DNA of 64,000 nucleotides, taken from the NCBI GenBank assembly GCA_963718665.1, contig OY970359.1:1312001-1376000 (forward strand). The letters run 5' to 3'. A program made the translations under genes and the position numbers. Positions 37,280-47,100 of this stretch are shown one piece after another. Below the pieces are notes generated by a model. It was not told the DNA's origin and ran no database searches. It worked only from the letters and a program-made list of their open reading frames with translations. The stretch is from an uncultured Phycisphaerales bacterium (GTDB lineage: Bacteria > Planctomycetota > Phycisphaerae > Sedimentisphaerales > Anaerobacaceae). Each line of letters opens with the position of its first letter. The stretch's first letter is position 1.

Positions 37280-40174
37280 GTGAAACAATGGCGATTTGAG
37301 GTGTGCAACAAGGCGGGTTTTCCTGATGTGCAGGGAGCCAGCGTTCTTACTGATATAAAAGAATTCGGTATAAACGCCGTTGAGGCGGTGCAGTTCGCCC
37401 GTGTTTACCTTATTGAGGCGGATTTCGAAAAGGATTTCGCCGACCGGCTTGCAAAAGAGCTTCTGGCAGACCCCGTTTGTGAAGAGTATTACATAGGCAG
37501 AAGCGGCGCGCCGGCGGGATTGGCAAAAGCAACTTTGATGGAAGTGCATCTCAAAAGCGGCGTTACTGACCCCGTGGCGGAATCCGTAACCAGCGCAATG
37601 AACGATATGGGTATAAAACCCGACAGCGTCCGCACCGCCAGAAAATACGTCCTTCTCGGAGAATTGAACGGCAAACAAATCGACACAATCGCCAGAAAAA
37701 TTTTGGCTAACGATTGTATCGAGGTCTGCGTTGTCGGCAACGATACCGAACCGCCAAGCCCACACATAAAACCTTATGAATTGAATCTCGTCCACCTTCC
37801 GATACGAGACCTTGATGAGCAGGGGCTTGTTAATCTCAGCAAAGAAAAAGACCTGTTCCTCAACGCGGTGGAAATGAAAACGATTCAGGATTACTTCAAA
37901 CGAATCGGCAGGGAGCCGACTGATATCGAGCTTGAAGCAGTCGCGCAAACCTGGAGCGAACACTGCGTCCACAAAACACTCAAAAGCAAAGTCGATATGG
38001 ACCTCGACGGCCAACACATCCAGTTCGACAACCTGCTCAAGCAAACTGTTTTTAAAGCCACAAAGGACTTGAACAAGCCCTGGTGCATAAGCGTCTTTGC
38101 CGATAACGCGGGCGTAATCGAATTCGACGATGAATCAGCGGTTTGCTTCAAAGTCGAAACACACAATCACCCATCCGCGCTCGACCCTTATGGCGGCGCG
38201 GCCACAGGCATAGGCGGCGTCATACGCGACCCGATGGGCACGGGAATGGGCGCAAGACCAATCGCCAACACGGATATTTTCTGTTTCGGCGACCCGAATA
38301 TGAAGCTCGAAGATGTCCCCAAGGGCGTCCTGCACCCCAGACGAATTATGAAGGGCGTCGTATCAGGCGTCCGCGATTATGGCAACAGGATGGGAATCCC
38401 CACCGTCAACGGCGCAATCTATTTCGACGACAGGTACATCGCAAACCCGCTCGTCTTCTGTGGCAACATAGGCATAATGGATAAAAATAAATGCTTCAAA
38501 CATCAGCAGGCAGGTAATCTCATTATCGTCGTCGGAGGCAGAACAGGCAGAGACGGAATCCACGGGGCGACGTTCTCATCGGGCGAAATGACCCACGAGC
38601 ACGAAACGATTTTCTCGCACGCCGTGCAAATCGGCAACGCCATCACAGAAAAGAAAATGTTGGATGTTCTTGTGCAAGCCAACGGACAGGGCTTGTATGA
38701 GGCAATCACCGACTGCGGTGCGGGCGGACTTTCCAGCGCGGTAGGCGAAATGGGTCAGGAGCTGGGCGCGGAAGTTGACCTCGACAAAGTCCCGCTTAAA
38801 TACGCGGGCCTCAATTATACCGAAATCTGGATTAGCGAAGCGCAGGAACGAATGGTCATCGCCGTAAAGCCGGAGAACCTCGACGCGATAATGAAAATCT
38901 TCGCAGGCGAAAACGTCGAGGCCACCGTAATCGGCACATTCACAGGCGATAAAAAATTGAAGCTCCGCTATAAAGGAACTCTTGTCGGCGAACTCGATAT
39001 GGAGTTCCTCCACGATGGTGTCCCCAAATATTCCAGAAAGGCCGTCTGGGCTTCTCGTTCATCATCGAGCATCGAGCATCGAGTATCGAGTATCGAAAAA
39101 GATAACTACAATGACGAACTATTGGCTATCCTGTCGAGTTACAACGTCGCGAGCAAAGAATGGGTAATTCGTCAGTATGACCACGAGGTGCAGGGCGCAT
39201 CGGTAGTCAAACCGTTGACAGGCGTTACCAACGACGGCCCCGCCGACGCAGCCGTCATAAGACCAAAATATAATTCCGACCGCGGCGTCGCGATAAGCTG
39301 CGGAATGAATCCATGCTATGGGGACATCGACCCGTATTGGATGGCTCTTTCCGGGATAGACGAAGCAATCAGGAATCTCGTCTGCGTCGGCGCAAAGACA
39401 GACCGCATCGCGCTGCTGGATAATTTCTGCTGGGGCGACTGCACAAAACCGGAAACGCTCGGCACATTAGTGCGCGCGGCCCAGGCCTGCTACGACGGAG
39501 CAATAGCATTCGATGCGCCGTTCATTTCAGGCAAGGATTCTCTCAACAATGAATTCAGACGCGACGACGGCACACGAATCTCGATTCCTTCGACGCTGCT
39601 GGTCAGCGCGATATCCTTAGTCGATGACGTCGGCAAGTGCGTAACAATGGACGTCAAAAAACCGGGTAATCTGCTTTTCATTGCGGGCGAGACGAAAAAT
39701 GAACTTGCCGGCTCACATTACGCATCGCTTAATAAAAACAATCAGGGCGAAGCGCCAAAGGTTGATCTGAAAATTGCGCCGAAGATAGCCCGCAAAGTCG
39801 CCGAGGCGATAGCAAAAGGACTGGTCGCCAGTTGCCATGACTGTTCGGAAGGGGGGCTGGCGGTTGCGCTTGCCGAAATGGCGTTTGCGGGCGGACTGGG
39901 TATCGAAGCCGACCTGCGGGGACTGCCAAAAACCAAAGATTGCAGCCAAACCAGCGCCCAGTTGTTCAGTGAGTCGAACTCGCGATACATCGTAGAGGTC
40001 GAGCCGGAAAATTATAACTCCTTTGCCAAACTGATGTTAAATCTGCCATTTGGCCAAATTGCAAAGGTAACTGACACTAAAAACTTAGTAATAAAGGACC
40101 TTAGAGGCCAAAAAATCATTAACGCCGAGATTAATTCGCTCAAACAGGCCTGGCAAAAAACTTTTGCATGGTGA
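37280..40174 (+). CDS. purL: Phosphoribosylformylglycinamidine synthase PurL with N-terminal PurS-like domains
   Basis: QTWSEHCVHK, KVETHNHPS, GAATGIGGVIRD, DGIHGA, DCGAGG, SEAQER, QYDHEV, ISGKDS, HDCSEGG. Confidence 0.95.
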   Translation: MKQWRFEVCNKAGFPDVQGASVLTDIKEFGINAVEAVQFARVYLIEADFEKDFADRLAKELLADPVCEEYYIGRSGAPAGLAKATLMEVHLKSGVTDPVAESVTSAMNDMGIKPDSVRTARKYVLLGELNGKQIDTIARKILANDCIEVCVVGNDTEPPSPHIKPYELNLVHLPIRDLDEQGLVNLSKEKDLFLNAVEMKTIQDYFKRIGREPTDIELEAVAQTWSEHCVHKTLKSKVDMDLDGQHIQFDNLLKQTVFKATKDLNKPWCISVFADNAGVIEFDDESAVCFKVETHNHPSALDPYGGAATGIGGVIRDPMGTGMGARPIANTDIFCFGDPNMKLEDVPKGVLHPRRIMKGVVSGVRDYGNRMGIPTVNGAIYFDDRYIANPLVFCGNIGIMDKNKCFKHQQAGNLIIVVGGRTGRDGIHGATFSSGEMTHEHETIFSHAVQIGNAITEKKMLDVLVQANGQGLYEAITDCGAGGLSSAVGEMGQELGAEVDLDKVPLKYAGLNYTEIWISEAQERMVIAVKPENLDAIMKIFAGENVEATVIGTFTGDKKLKLRYKGTLVGELDMEFLHDGVPKYSRKAVWASRSSSSIEHRVSSIEKDNYNDELLAILSSYNVASKEWVIRQYDHEVQGASVVKPLTGVTNDGPADAAVIRPKYNSDRGVAISCGMNPCYGDIDPYWMALSGIDEAIRNLVCVGAKTDRIALLDNFCWGDCTKPETLGTLVRAAQACYDGAIAFDAPFISGKDSLNNEFRRDDGTRISIPSTLLVSAISLVDDVGKCVTMDVKKPGNLLFIAGETKNELAGSHYASLNKNNQGEAPKVDLKIAPKIARKVAEAIAKGLVASCHDCSEGGLAVALAEMAFAGGLGIEADLRGLPKTKDCSQTSAQLFSESNSRYIVEVEPENYNSFAKLMLNLPFGQIAKVTDTKNLVIKDLRGQKIINAEINSLKQAWQKTFAW
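39063..39097 (+). repeat. Heptamer tandem array inside purL
   Basis: catcgag x3, tatcgag, tatcgaa; encodes SSIEHRVSSIE. Confidence 0.85.
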
Positions 40175-40243
40175 GCACATAAAACCATTAAATTTGATAA
40201 TTTTTTCGCTCTCGAAAATTTTTTTGTCCTGCCATTTCTCTCC

Positions 40244-40272
40244 TTGACGCAATTGCCCATTTTATCTATATT
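40244..40272 (+). promoter_or_regulatory. Sigma70 promoter for the EPS/exosortase operon
   Basis: TTGACG-N17-TATATT, about 370 bp upstream of the wza-like ATG. Confidence 0.6.
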
Positions 40273-40639
40273 ACCAAACCCCTTGTTATGGGACGCACCA
40301 AATGATAAAACAACAACGAACAAATGCCCGCTTTTAAGAGTAGATAGGGGTATTGTTCGATAGGTCCCGGTAAATCGGGGTTTGTAGTGTCAGGGAGGTC
40401 ATCTCGAGGCGAGATGAGCACACGCAACGCTTTGCTTTTGCCTCGGAACATTCAGGCAAAATATACGCGTAACTCTTTTCAATATAATAAGTTAGGTCTA
40501 TATATTGCTTTTTGCGGGCTTTGGTGTGCGTAGCTATTTTGAGGAGCGGTTTTTTAAGCCAAAATCGAAGCTATTCACACTTAGAATCTGGGCAAGACAG
40601 GTAAAGCTGTGTATGCCCTAAGCCGATAAATTTAAACAT

Positions 40640-42187
40640 ATGAAGAAAATAAAGACAGCATCTTGGGTCGTTTCCCTGCTTGCGCTATGCGTCTGCACGG
40701 TTGGTTGCGATGTCAAGTTCTGGGACCCCACCCAAGTTGGCAGATTTAAGCCAGTTCCGGCAGTGAACGTGATACTCGATTCACTGGGCGTGGCAGAGGA
40801 AACGTCCGCTGCCTGGGAAACCGGCGAGGATCCCAAACCCGCCGACGTCGTCGCATATGATACTGATTACGTCTTCGGCCCCGGCGATGCTGTCAACATA
40901 AGCATTTTCGAGCTGTTCCAGGAAGGCGTTTTGTATTCAAACCAGTTTGTTGTTACCGAAACAGGCAAATTATCTATTCCTGACGTCGGAGTGGTGAACG
41001 CGGGCGGGCTGACCGAATCACAACTGGAAGAGGAAATAAAGCAGATTCTCTCGCCCAACATCCTGAAATCGCCTTCGGTAACGGTAACCCTGTTCAAATC
41101 CCAAAGCCGGTTGTTTTCTGTTCTGGGCAACGGCGTTCCGAAGCCCGGCCTATATGAAATACCCCGTTACGATTATCGGCTGGCGGATGCACTGGCAATC
41201 GCGGGTGGTATAAGCCAGTTTAATATAAGCTACATATATATATCCAGACAAATTACGGGCAAAGAAACGTCGGCTGAACCGGCCCTGCCTCCTACAGAAA
41301 CACCCAAAGTAAATGTCGAGAAAGCCGCCCCCCCAACTGAGAAGCCGGATGAAATGCTGGAAATAATCGCCCCAATGGCAAATCGCGGCGCAGGTAGCAA
41401 CATTGTCATCGCCTCAACGGAAATGGCCACAGCCAACGAGCTTGATGAAACCGCATTACCGGAAACATTACAGGAATCCGAGGATAGCAATCAGAAAACA
41501 GATGGTCGTCCGTCTTCCGCCACCAGCCCTCCATCATCTGCAAGCGAAGGCCGGATTGAATGGACATTCCAGGATGGCCGATGGATTCCGGTCCAGATAG
41601 GCGAGTCCCAGCCCCAAAAACCTCAGGAACAGGTTGAGCAACCCAGGCAGCCACAAGCCGCCAAAGAACCCGCTGCAGCCGGCTGGGAACAAATCGGCTC
41701 CGGAGGCGCACAGAGACGAATCATAAGAGTTCCCGCAGACAAACTCCTTGGCGGAGACCCTCGTTATAATATCGTAATCAGACCAAGCGATACTATTCAC
41801 GTGCCTGTTGATATTATTGGCGAATTCTGTATTATGGGCAACGTAAATAATCAGGGGTTTGTCAACATAACAGGTCGTCCTATGACGCTGAAAATGGCGA
41901 TCGCTTCAGCGGGCGGTCTGGGACCTCTGGCGTGGCCAAAAAATTGTGAAGTCGTCAGAAGAATTGGTAAGAAACGCGAAGAAATCGTTATGGTGAACCT
42001 GGATAAAATCGCAACGGGCGAACAGCCGGACTTCTTTATCAAACCAAACGACTTAATCAATGTCGGGACGCATCCGGCAGCCAGATGGCTTGCGGTGCTG
42101 CGAAATGCCTTCAGGGCGACTTATGGCTTTGGGTTCGTTTATGACCGGAATTTCTATCTTAACCCGGCATCAACAACAAACTTTTAA
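40640..42187 (+). CDS. Polysaccharide biosynthesis/export lipoprotein (Wza-like, SLBB domains)
   Basis: Lipobox-like TVGC, YVFGPGD, G.LSIPDVG, GLTESQLE, V.KPGLY, ALAIAGG. Confidence 0.85.
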   Translation: MKKIKTASWVVSLLALCVCTVGCDVKFWDPTQVGRFKPVPAVNVILDSLGVAEETSAAWETGEDPKPADVVAYDTDYVFGPGDAVNISIFELFQEGVLYSNQFVVTETGKLSIPDVGVVNAGGLTESQLEEEIKQILSPNILKSPSVTVTLFKSQSRLFSVLGNGVPKPGLYEIPRYDYRLADALAIAGGISQFNISYIYISRQITGKETSAEPALPPTETPKVNVEKAAPPTEKPDEMLEIIAPMANRGAGSNIVIASTEMATANELDETALPETLQESEDSNQKTDGRPSSATSPPSSASEGRIEWTFQDGRWIPVQIGESQPQKPQEQVEQPRQPQAAKEPAAAGWEQIGSGGAQRRIIRVPADKLLGGDPRYNIVIRPSDTIHVPVDIIGEFCIMGNVNNQGFVNITGRPMTLKMAIASAGGLGPLAWPKNCEVVRRIGKKREEIVMVNLDKIATGEQPDFFIKPNDLINVGTHPAARWLAVLRNAFRATYGFGFVYDRNFYLNPASTTNF

Positions 42188-42282
42188 TGGGATGGCCATA
42201 CAAAGGTTGATTGTGTGTTAAGCACCTGGGTACGTAAAACTGCCCAAAATCGCCAACCAAATATCGCAGAAAATCGAATATT

Positions 42283-43251
42283 ATGGCGGATAACTTTACT
42301 GTATCTACTACCGATACTCAGGAAACCGCTTCGGCACCAAAAGAGCAGTGGCGGCAACTCGGAGTGCACACATATATCCGGATTGTGATAATCGGAACGC
42401 TACTTTACTGCCTGTTTAACAAGGAAGTAGGGAGCATCGTTCACCAGTGGCTGTTCGATCCCGGCTGGTCGCATGGACTCCTTATCCCGCTTTTCAGCTT
42501 ATACTTTCTGAACCAGTCCAAGCAGGAAATCCTCAATACCCGAACCAAACCAAACTATCTGGGGCTGCTTTTGCTGGTCGGCGTAATCTTGTTTTACGTT
42601 TTTAACACGATTACCCCAGCGGGGTATGGATACTTCCGACAGATATCCACAGTCGGAGCGCTTGGGGCCGTGGTATTGTTTCTTGGCGGCTGGGTTTTGC
42701 TGAAATATACGTGGCTGCCAATCGCATACCTTATATTCGCGATACCGCTGCCGGATGAAATATTAAGAAGCGCCACGATACCAATGCGCCTGTGGGCGGC
42801 TGCGGCTTCAACCGCGGTACTCAATCTGATACCAAAAATGGATGCTATGGCCAACGGGGTCGTAATAGATATCATTTACAAAGGCAAGGTCCTGGAGCCG
42901 CCCCTCGACGTGGCAGAGGCGTGCAGTGGTATGCGCCTGCTGATGACGTTTTTTGCCCTGGGCGTGGCAATGGCATATCTGCACTACAGGCCAGCATGGC
43001 AGCGACTCGTGCTTTTGGCCAGTACTATCCCAATAGCGATTCTCTGCAATATTATAAGGGTAACTATAACCGGTCTCATCTACGTGTTTTGTGACCCGCA
43101 ATATGCACAGGGAATTTACCACGACCTGCTGGGAATGGCTATGCTCCCGGTGGCGTTCGGGCTTTACGGGGCGATTGCCTGGTTTATGTCGAACCTGTTT
43201 GTCGAGGATGATGAGTCCAAAGTTTCGGACGTCATCGTCAGGCGCCGCTAA
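42283..43251 (+). CDS. Exosortase (EpsH family)
   Basis: About 8 TM helices, WSHGLLIP, catalytic-triad motifs EACSGMR (Cys), NIIR (Arg) and YHD (His). Confidence 0.9.
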   Translation: MADNFTVSTTDTQETASAPKEQWRQLGVHTYIRIVIIGTLLYCLFNKEVGSIVHQWLFDPGWSHGLLIPLFSLYFLNQSKQEILNTRTKPNYLGLLLLVGVILFYVFNTITPAGYGYFRQISTVGALGAVVLFLGGWVLLKYTWLPIAYLIFAIPLPDEILRSATIPMRLWAAAASTAVLNLIPKMDAMANGVVIDIIYKGKVLEPPLDVAEACSGMRLLMTFFALGVAMAYLHYRPAWQRLVLLASTIPIAILCNIIRVTITGLIYVFCDPQYAQGIYHDLLGMAMLPVAFGLYGAIAWFMSNLFVEDDESKVSDVIVRRR

Positions 43252-43291
43252 AGCATAGGAGTCCGAAACAATAAACGGAACTAAAATAACA

Positions 43292-44065
43292 ATGACAACG
43301 CCGAAGAATATACGAGAGACGATTAAAGCCAACTACCTGCAGCCGGCTTTTCTGATATGCGTCTGTCTGCTGGCAACAACAGCCGGTGGTATGTCGGCAG
43401 CAGTGAAAATGGCGGGAATATACCTGAAGAAGGAACCGCTACCCCTGAAAAAATCCCTAAGCGACCTCGACAAATCTAATCTTGCACCCTACAAAGTGAT
43501 CGAGAAATCAAAAATCGAGAACCAGGATATTCTTAACACCCTGGGGACCGAAGATTACATTCAGTGGACACTGGAAGACACAGGCGCCCCGGCGGAAAGC
43601 AAAACGCGGTTTTGCACATTATTCATAACTTACTATCCGCTGCCTGACATAGTGCCGCACAGGCCCGAAGAATGTTATATCGGGGGCGGCTTGCAGGGAA
43701 TAAAATTCGAAACAGTTACGCTCAGCGCCATGCAAGGTGTTTACGAGCGGGAAATAAAAACACGGTACCTCGTATTTGCCGACACAAAGGCGGAGTCGTC
43801 GTTTGGCGGGACATCCTTTCCGATCCTTTACACTTTCAACGCCAACGGCAAATATGGCGACAGGGACGATGTCCGAAAAGCGCTGAACAAAAATTTGTTC
43901 GGCAAATTCTCGTATTTTTCCAAGATCGAATGGAAATTCTATAATATCGCCTCTGGGCGGATAATTTATCCGAATAAACAAGAGGCGATTGCGGCAAGTG
44001 AAAAATTGATGTCGGTTATTTTACCGGTTCTGGAAAAAGATTATTGGCCCAATGGGCGCTGGTAA
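43292..44065 (+). CDS. Exosortase-associated EpsI-like protein
   Basis: One N-terminal TM and the HRPEECYIGGG motif; directly follows the exosortase. Confidence 0.75.
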   Translation: MTTPKNIRETIKANYLQPAFLICVCLLATTAGGMSAAVKMAGIYLKKEPLPLKKSLSDLDKSNLAPYKVIEKSKIENQDILNTLGTEDYIQWTLEDTGAPAESKTRFCTLFITYYPLPDIVPHRPEECYIGGGLQGIKFETVTLSAMQGVYEREIKTRYLVFADTKAESSFGGTSFPILYTFNANGKYGDRDDVRKALNKNLFGKFSYFSKIEWKFYNIASGRIIYPNKQEAIAASEKLMSVILPVLEKDYWPNGRW

Positions 44066-44137
44066 TCAAAAACGTGTCTGCTTTACCGGTTTACCAGGCG
44101 ACATTAGCAATTTCAAAAATATAAGGAGCAAAATTCA

Positions 44138-47100
44138 ATGGCAAAAAAACGGCTAAACAAAAAATTGGCGATGATTGGTTCCGTACTTTTTGTGTTCGTG
44201 GCAATTACGGTCATTGTAGGGCTTATATATCTAAGCAGAAGAAACCCGCAGAAATTCCTAAAATACGGTGATGAGGCAATCGCAACGGCCCGCCAGACAA
44301 CGGACCAAGTGCATCGCAAGGAAATTTATAAAGAAGCCGAACGAAACTACAGAAAGGCCTACAGCTACTCCAAAACCGACGAGCTAAAAATTGTAGGCCT
44401 TCATCGCCTCGCGGATCTTTATATAGAAACAGAGGACTGGCGTAGCGTTATGGGATGCTGGACCCAGATTGTACGTCTCGACCCAAAGGACATAAAAGCA
44501 AGATATAACCGGCTGAAATATTTTTATATATTCGCGCAAACAGTTTCCGGGCAGGCGTGGCAAGAGGTAGCTGCGCAGGCCGGGGAGTTTATAGAAATGA
44601 TAGAAACGCCCGGCGCCACAGCGGAGCTTGCAACAGAAGATACATCGAAGCTGGAAATCGAAGCGTTTAAACAAAGCGGAGAGCCGGCGCATAAATTGGG
44701 GCCATATTTGCACCTGATGAGGGGACAGGCCAATTTACAGATTGCGATACTCGGAATGGTAACAAATAGAGAGGAAACGCTCAACCAAGCTATTGCCGAC
44801 CTTGAGAAAGTAAAACAGCTCGAGCCGGGAAACACTGATGTGTATCTATATCTTGCGCAGGCGACGGCTTTCAGAGGCGAGATGGAAGCATCGAAAGGAA
44901 ACCTAGAGGCGAGAGTTAAAAGCCAGGAAGAGGCAATCGAATTACTTAAGGAAGGGATAAAAGCAACAAATGACGACGTAAAAGCATACATTAATTTTCT
45001 CGATATGAAGCACAATTTCAGCTTTGCTCAGGCCGGCGTCGCGTCATCCGACCAGAAAAAGCAGCTTTTGGAAATGGAACCGGAGTACTTGTCGCTTACC
45101 GCTAAATTCGGTTCCAAAGCGGAAGTGTTTTCGGCGCTTGCCTCTTTCTATTCTGACTACCGTCTCGGCCCGGCTTATCTCGACAAGGCAATTGAAGCGG
45201 CAGAAAAAGCTGTCGAACTCGACAAAAATGACGTCGATTACGTTGCGATCGCCTCAAGTTTGCACTTAAGAAGGTTTCATATAAAAAACCAAAATACGGA
45301 CTTGAACAAGGCAATTGAGCTTACGCAAAACGCTCTTTTACTTCCTGACACACAGGAAACAACCGGCCCCAGGTCTGATGCGAAGAGGAATAATCGATTA
45401 CTAATGCTCAGTATACTCGCCAACATTTATATCGACCAGATAATGGATGCAAACGCGTCACCGAGAGAATCTGAGGGACAACAATTATTGACGAACGCCC
45501 AACAGACGGTAAGGCAGATTGAACAGTTTTATCGCAGCGGCGATGACCCGCAGGTAGTTAAATGGCAGGGTATGGTCGAGCTTGCCGCCGCTCGACTCAA
45601 ACAAAGCGATCCAGCGCCTGCCATCCAAAAATTATACAAAGCTTATACGCAGTTGAAGGCAGCGGGACGTTCAGACCCGCGCCTTTCATACCGGCTTGCA
45701 AAAACATTTGCTTATGGCATAGAAAACGGCGCGGTTAGCGAGTTTCTCGTCGACGCTCTACAAAATGGAATAGAGTCGGCCCTGCCGGAGTCGCGACTGG
45801 AATATGCCGAGCTTCTCCTCAAAGCCGCTATATGGAAGGCGGCCCTTGCCCATATCGATTTATTCGAGGAAAGATACGGAATCACAGACAGAAGCCGGAT
45901 ATTGCGAACGCGTGCATATATAATCGCCAGAGAATTCGCGGAGGCGGAGCGTTGTCTTGACCAAATACCGCAACAGGACCCTTCATGGCGGCAGCTTAAA
46001 GCCGCTATTCTCGAAACCAAGGGGACGGTATTACGCACAATTATCATTAGCCGAGAGGAAAAACCGCGAACCAGCACGGTTCTGATGAGTGCCCTTTCAC
46101 AAAAGCCGCAGCAACAAGAGGTTGACCAGCGTTCAACCGAACAGATTGCGACAGAGATGAAAACCATCGCATCCGCCTTTATCGAAAATATGGATGCTAT
46201 GCTCTCAGCAGACCCAAATTCGCTGGAAGTTACAACAGCCGGCTCGATGTGCGATGACGCAATAACAAGCGGGAACCTTGACCAGGCAAATTTGATAATT
46301 GAGAAGTATTTGAAATACCAGCCGGATAATGTAACTGCGTTGTTTTACAAACGGCTTCTCGCCGAGCCGACTCCGGCAAAAGTATCTCCCGAAAGAGTTA
46401 GCCAGCTTAAAGAGGATGTCCTGAACGGCATTGCAGACCCTCTTAGGCGAACACTCGCCCTAGGCACTTTTTACATAACTAACAACGATTCCAACAAGGC
46501 ATCGGAGCAACTCAGGAAGCTTGTCCCTCCACCCATAGGCACCGGCTCGCTCCAGGCAGACGATAACTCAAAACGTCGAGCGATAACATATTTGTTTGAC
46601 ATCGGGTTAGAAAAAAAGGACTGGGGCACTATCGACAAAATCCTGCAAATAGCCAAGCGAGAAAATTATGACGATTGCTCAGGGGACTTTTTCGCGGCTC
46701 GAGCCGCTCTTGCGAAAGAACAATATGAAACTGCTCTTGCAAGCATAGATAGCGCGTTGTCGCAAAGACCAGTTTTCGGGTATGGCTATCTGCTGCGGTC
46801 CCGCATCAACTCCGCAATGGGTAATGAGGCCGCCGCGCTTGCCGACATAAGCATGGCATCAAAAACCACCCCGCTGGACAAGACCGTCGCGAAAGAATAT
46901 GTCAATCGGCTGTACAAACGCAACCAAGCTCTCGGCGATAATGTATCGACATCGCAACTGGCCGAAACCAGGGGCGCTTTGGACTGGGCGATGTCGCTTA
47001 ATCAGGGCGACGTGCAACTGATGAGTTTCTATGCGGAATACATAAGCGAAAACGACCCGAATCGCGCACTTGCACTGCGGCAGAGCTTGCAGGAAAATAT

